Origin: a candidate division WOR-3 bacterium
GTDB taxonomy: Bacteria; Hydrothermota; Tepidihabitantia; Tepidihabitantales; CAIPLT01
Assembly: GCA_965649215.1 (NCBI GenBank)
Contig: CBFGJZ010000002.1
Coordinates: 66,407 to 103,125, forward strand
Length of the DNA: 36,719 bases
Direction: 5' to 3'
Below are positions 36,088 through 36,719 of the stretch, piece by piece. Position 1 is the first letter of the stretch, and each line of letters opens with the position of its first letter. The position numbers were made by a program, and so were the translations under genes. Below the pieces are notes generated by a model that saw only the letters and a list, made by a program, of their open reading frames with translations, ran no database searches and had not been told where the DNA came from.

Positions 36088-36115
36088 TTGTATAAATTTT
36101 TGCTCTTATTATAAT
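36088..36115 (+). promoter_or_regulatory. hutI promoter
   Basis: TTGTAT-N16-TATAAT, 7 nt before the ATG, no SD. Confidence 0.65.
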
Positions 36116-36122
36116 TAACAAT

Positions 36123-36719
36123 ATGAAGACAATTATAGCTAATGCCTCAGAGATCTTAACCCTTGAAAATCAGGGCTTAGGTATTGTCAAAGACAGTAAT
36201 ATTATAATTGAAAATGGTAAAATAGTGAGTATTACAAACGATTTTGTAAATTATCAAGATAGTAAAACAAAAATTATCGATGCCAAGAGAATGACGGTGA
36301 TGCCTGGGTTTGTTGACTGTCATACTCATTTAGTTTTTGAGAAGGACAGAGTTGATGAGTTTGCAATGCGTCTTGAAGGAAAGACATATCAAGAAATTCT
36401 TTTAGCAGGTGGTGGGATTTTGAACACGGTTCGTGCAACTCGAGAAGCTTCGTTGCAAGAACTTTTTAGATTGGCTCAAAAGAGAATTGATAAATTAATT
36501 AGTTGGGGTACAACAACGGTTGAGATTAAATCAGGATATGGTTTAAATACTGAACAAGAGTTGAAAATATTAAGGGTTATTAAAAGATTGAAAGAATATT
36601 ATCAAAATAAAATATCAATAATTCCTACTTTTATGGCTGCTCATGCGATACCACCAGGTATAAACAAAAATGATTACATCCGTACGATAATTAAAGAGAT
36701 GATGCCAATCGTAGCGAAA
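36123..36719 (+). CDS. hutI: imidazolonepropionase (partial, runs off the window end; absent from the ORF track)
   Basis: Manual translation MKTIIANASEILTL..VMPGFVDCHTHLVF..DEFAMRLEGKTYQEILLAGGGILNTVRATR..GTTTVEIKSGYGL. Confidence 0.93.
   Translation, partial: MKTIIANASEILTLENQGLGIVKDSNIIIENGKIVSITNDFVNYQDSKTKIIDAKRMTVMPGFVDCHTHLVFEKDRVDEFAMRLEGKTYQEILLAGGGILNTVRATREASLQELFRLAQKRIDKLISWGTTTVEIKSGYGLNTEQELKILRVIKRLKEYYQNKISIIPTFMAAHAIPPGINKNDYIRTIIKEMMPIVAK

Overview
AT-rich chromosomal window from a diderm bacterium with type IX secretion (T9SS) cargo; an FCB-superphylum lineage such as candidate division WOR-3 is my inference, not a database result. Left part: ABC-2 exporter pair plus a SpoIID-family lipoprotein, rbfA-truB-ribF, an orphan Asp-box T9SS cargo, a trimmed glnA, a small beta-barrel OMP, a gingipain-like C25 protease and a tal-tkt-aminotransferase operon. 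Middle: a PpiD/SurA chaperone, five tRNAs (Glu, Gly, Cys, Leu, Lys), a DUF355 gene and tmRNA (tag ANNSYAMAA). Right part: a 14 kb co-oriented locus (exbB-exbD-exbD-tonB, two Asp-box T9SS paralogs, lipoprotein, TonB-dependent receptor, 1014-aa protein with a variant T9SS CTD, PorV-like barrel), then a partial hutI. The best candidate novel system is this SusD-less TonB/T9SS/PorV locus. Other signals: an unannotated promoter-driven hairpin RNA or leaderless 32-codon ORF behind ribF, several near-leaderless genes, mostly 16-bp promoter spacers, enrichment of the D-S/T-hydrophobic O-glycosylation sequon in exported proteins, a cryptic 12-bp periodic array beside tmRNA, and a recurring GTGAGC...GCTCAC stem before ribosome-binding sites. 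No integrase, transposase or CRISPR was seen.
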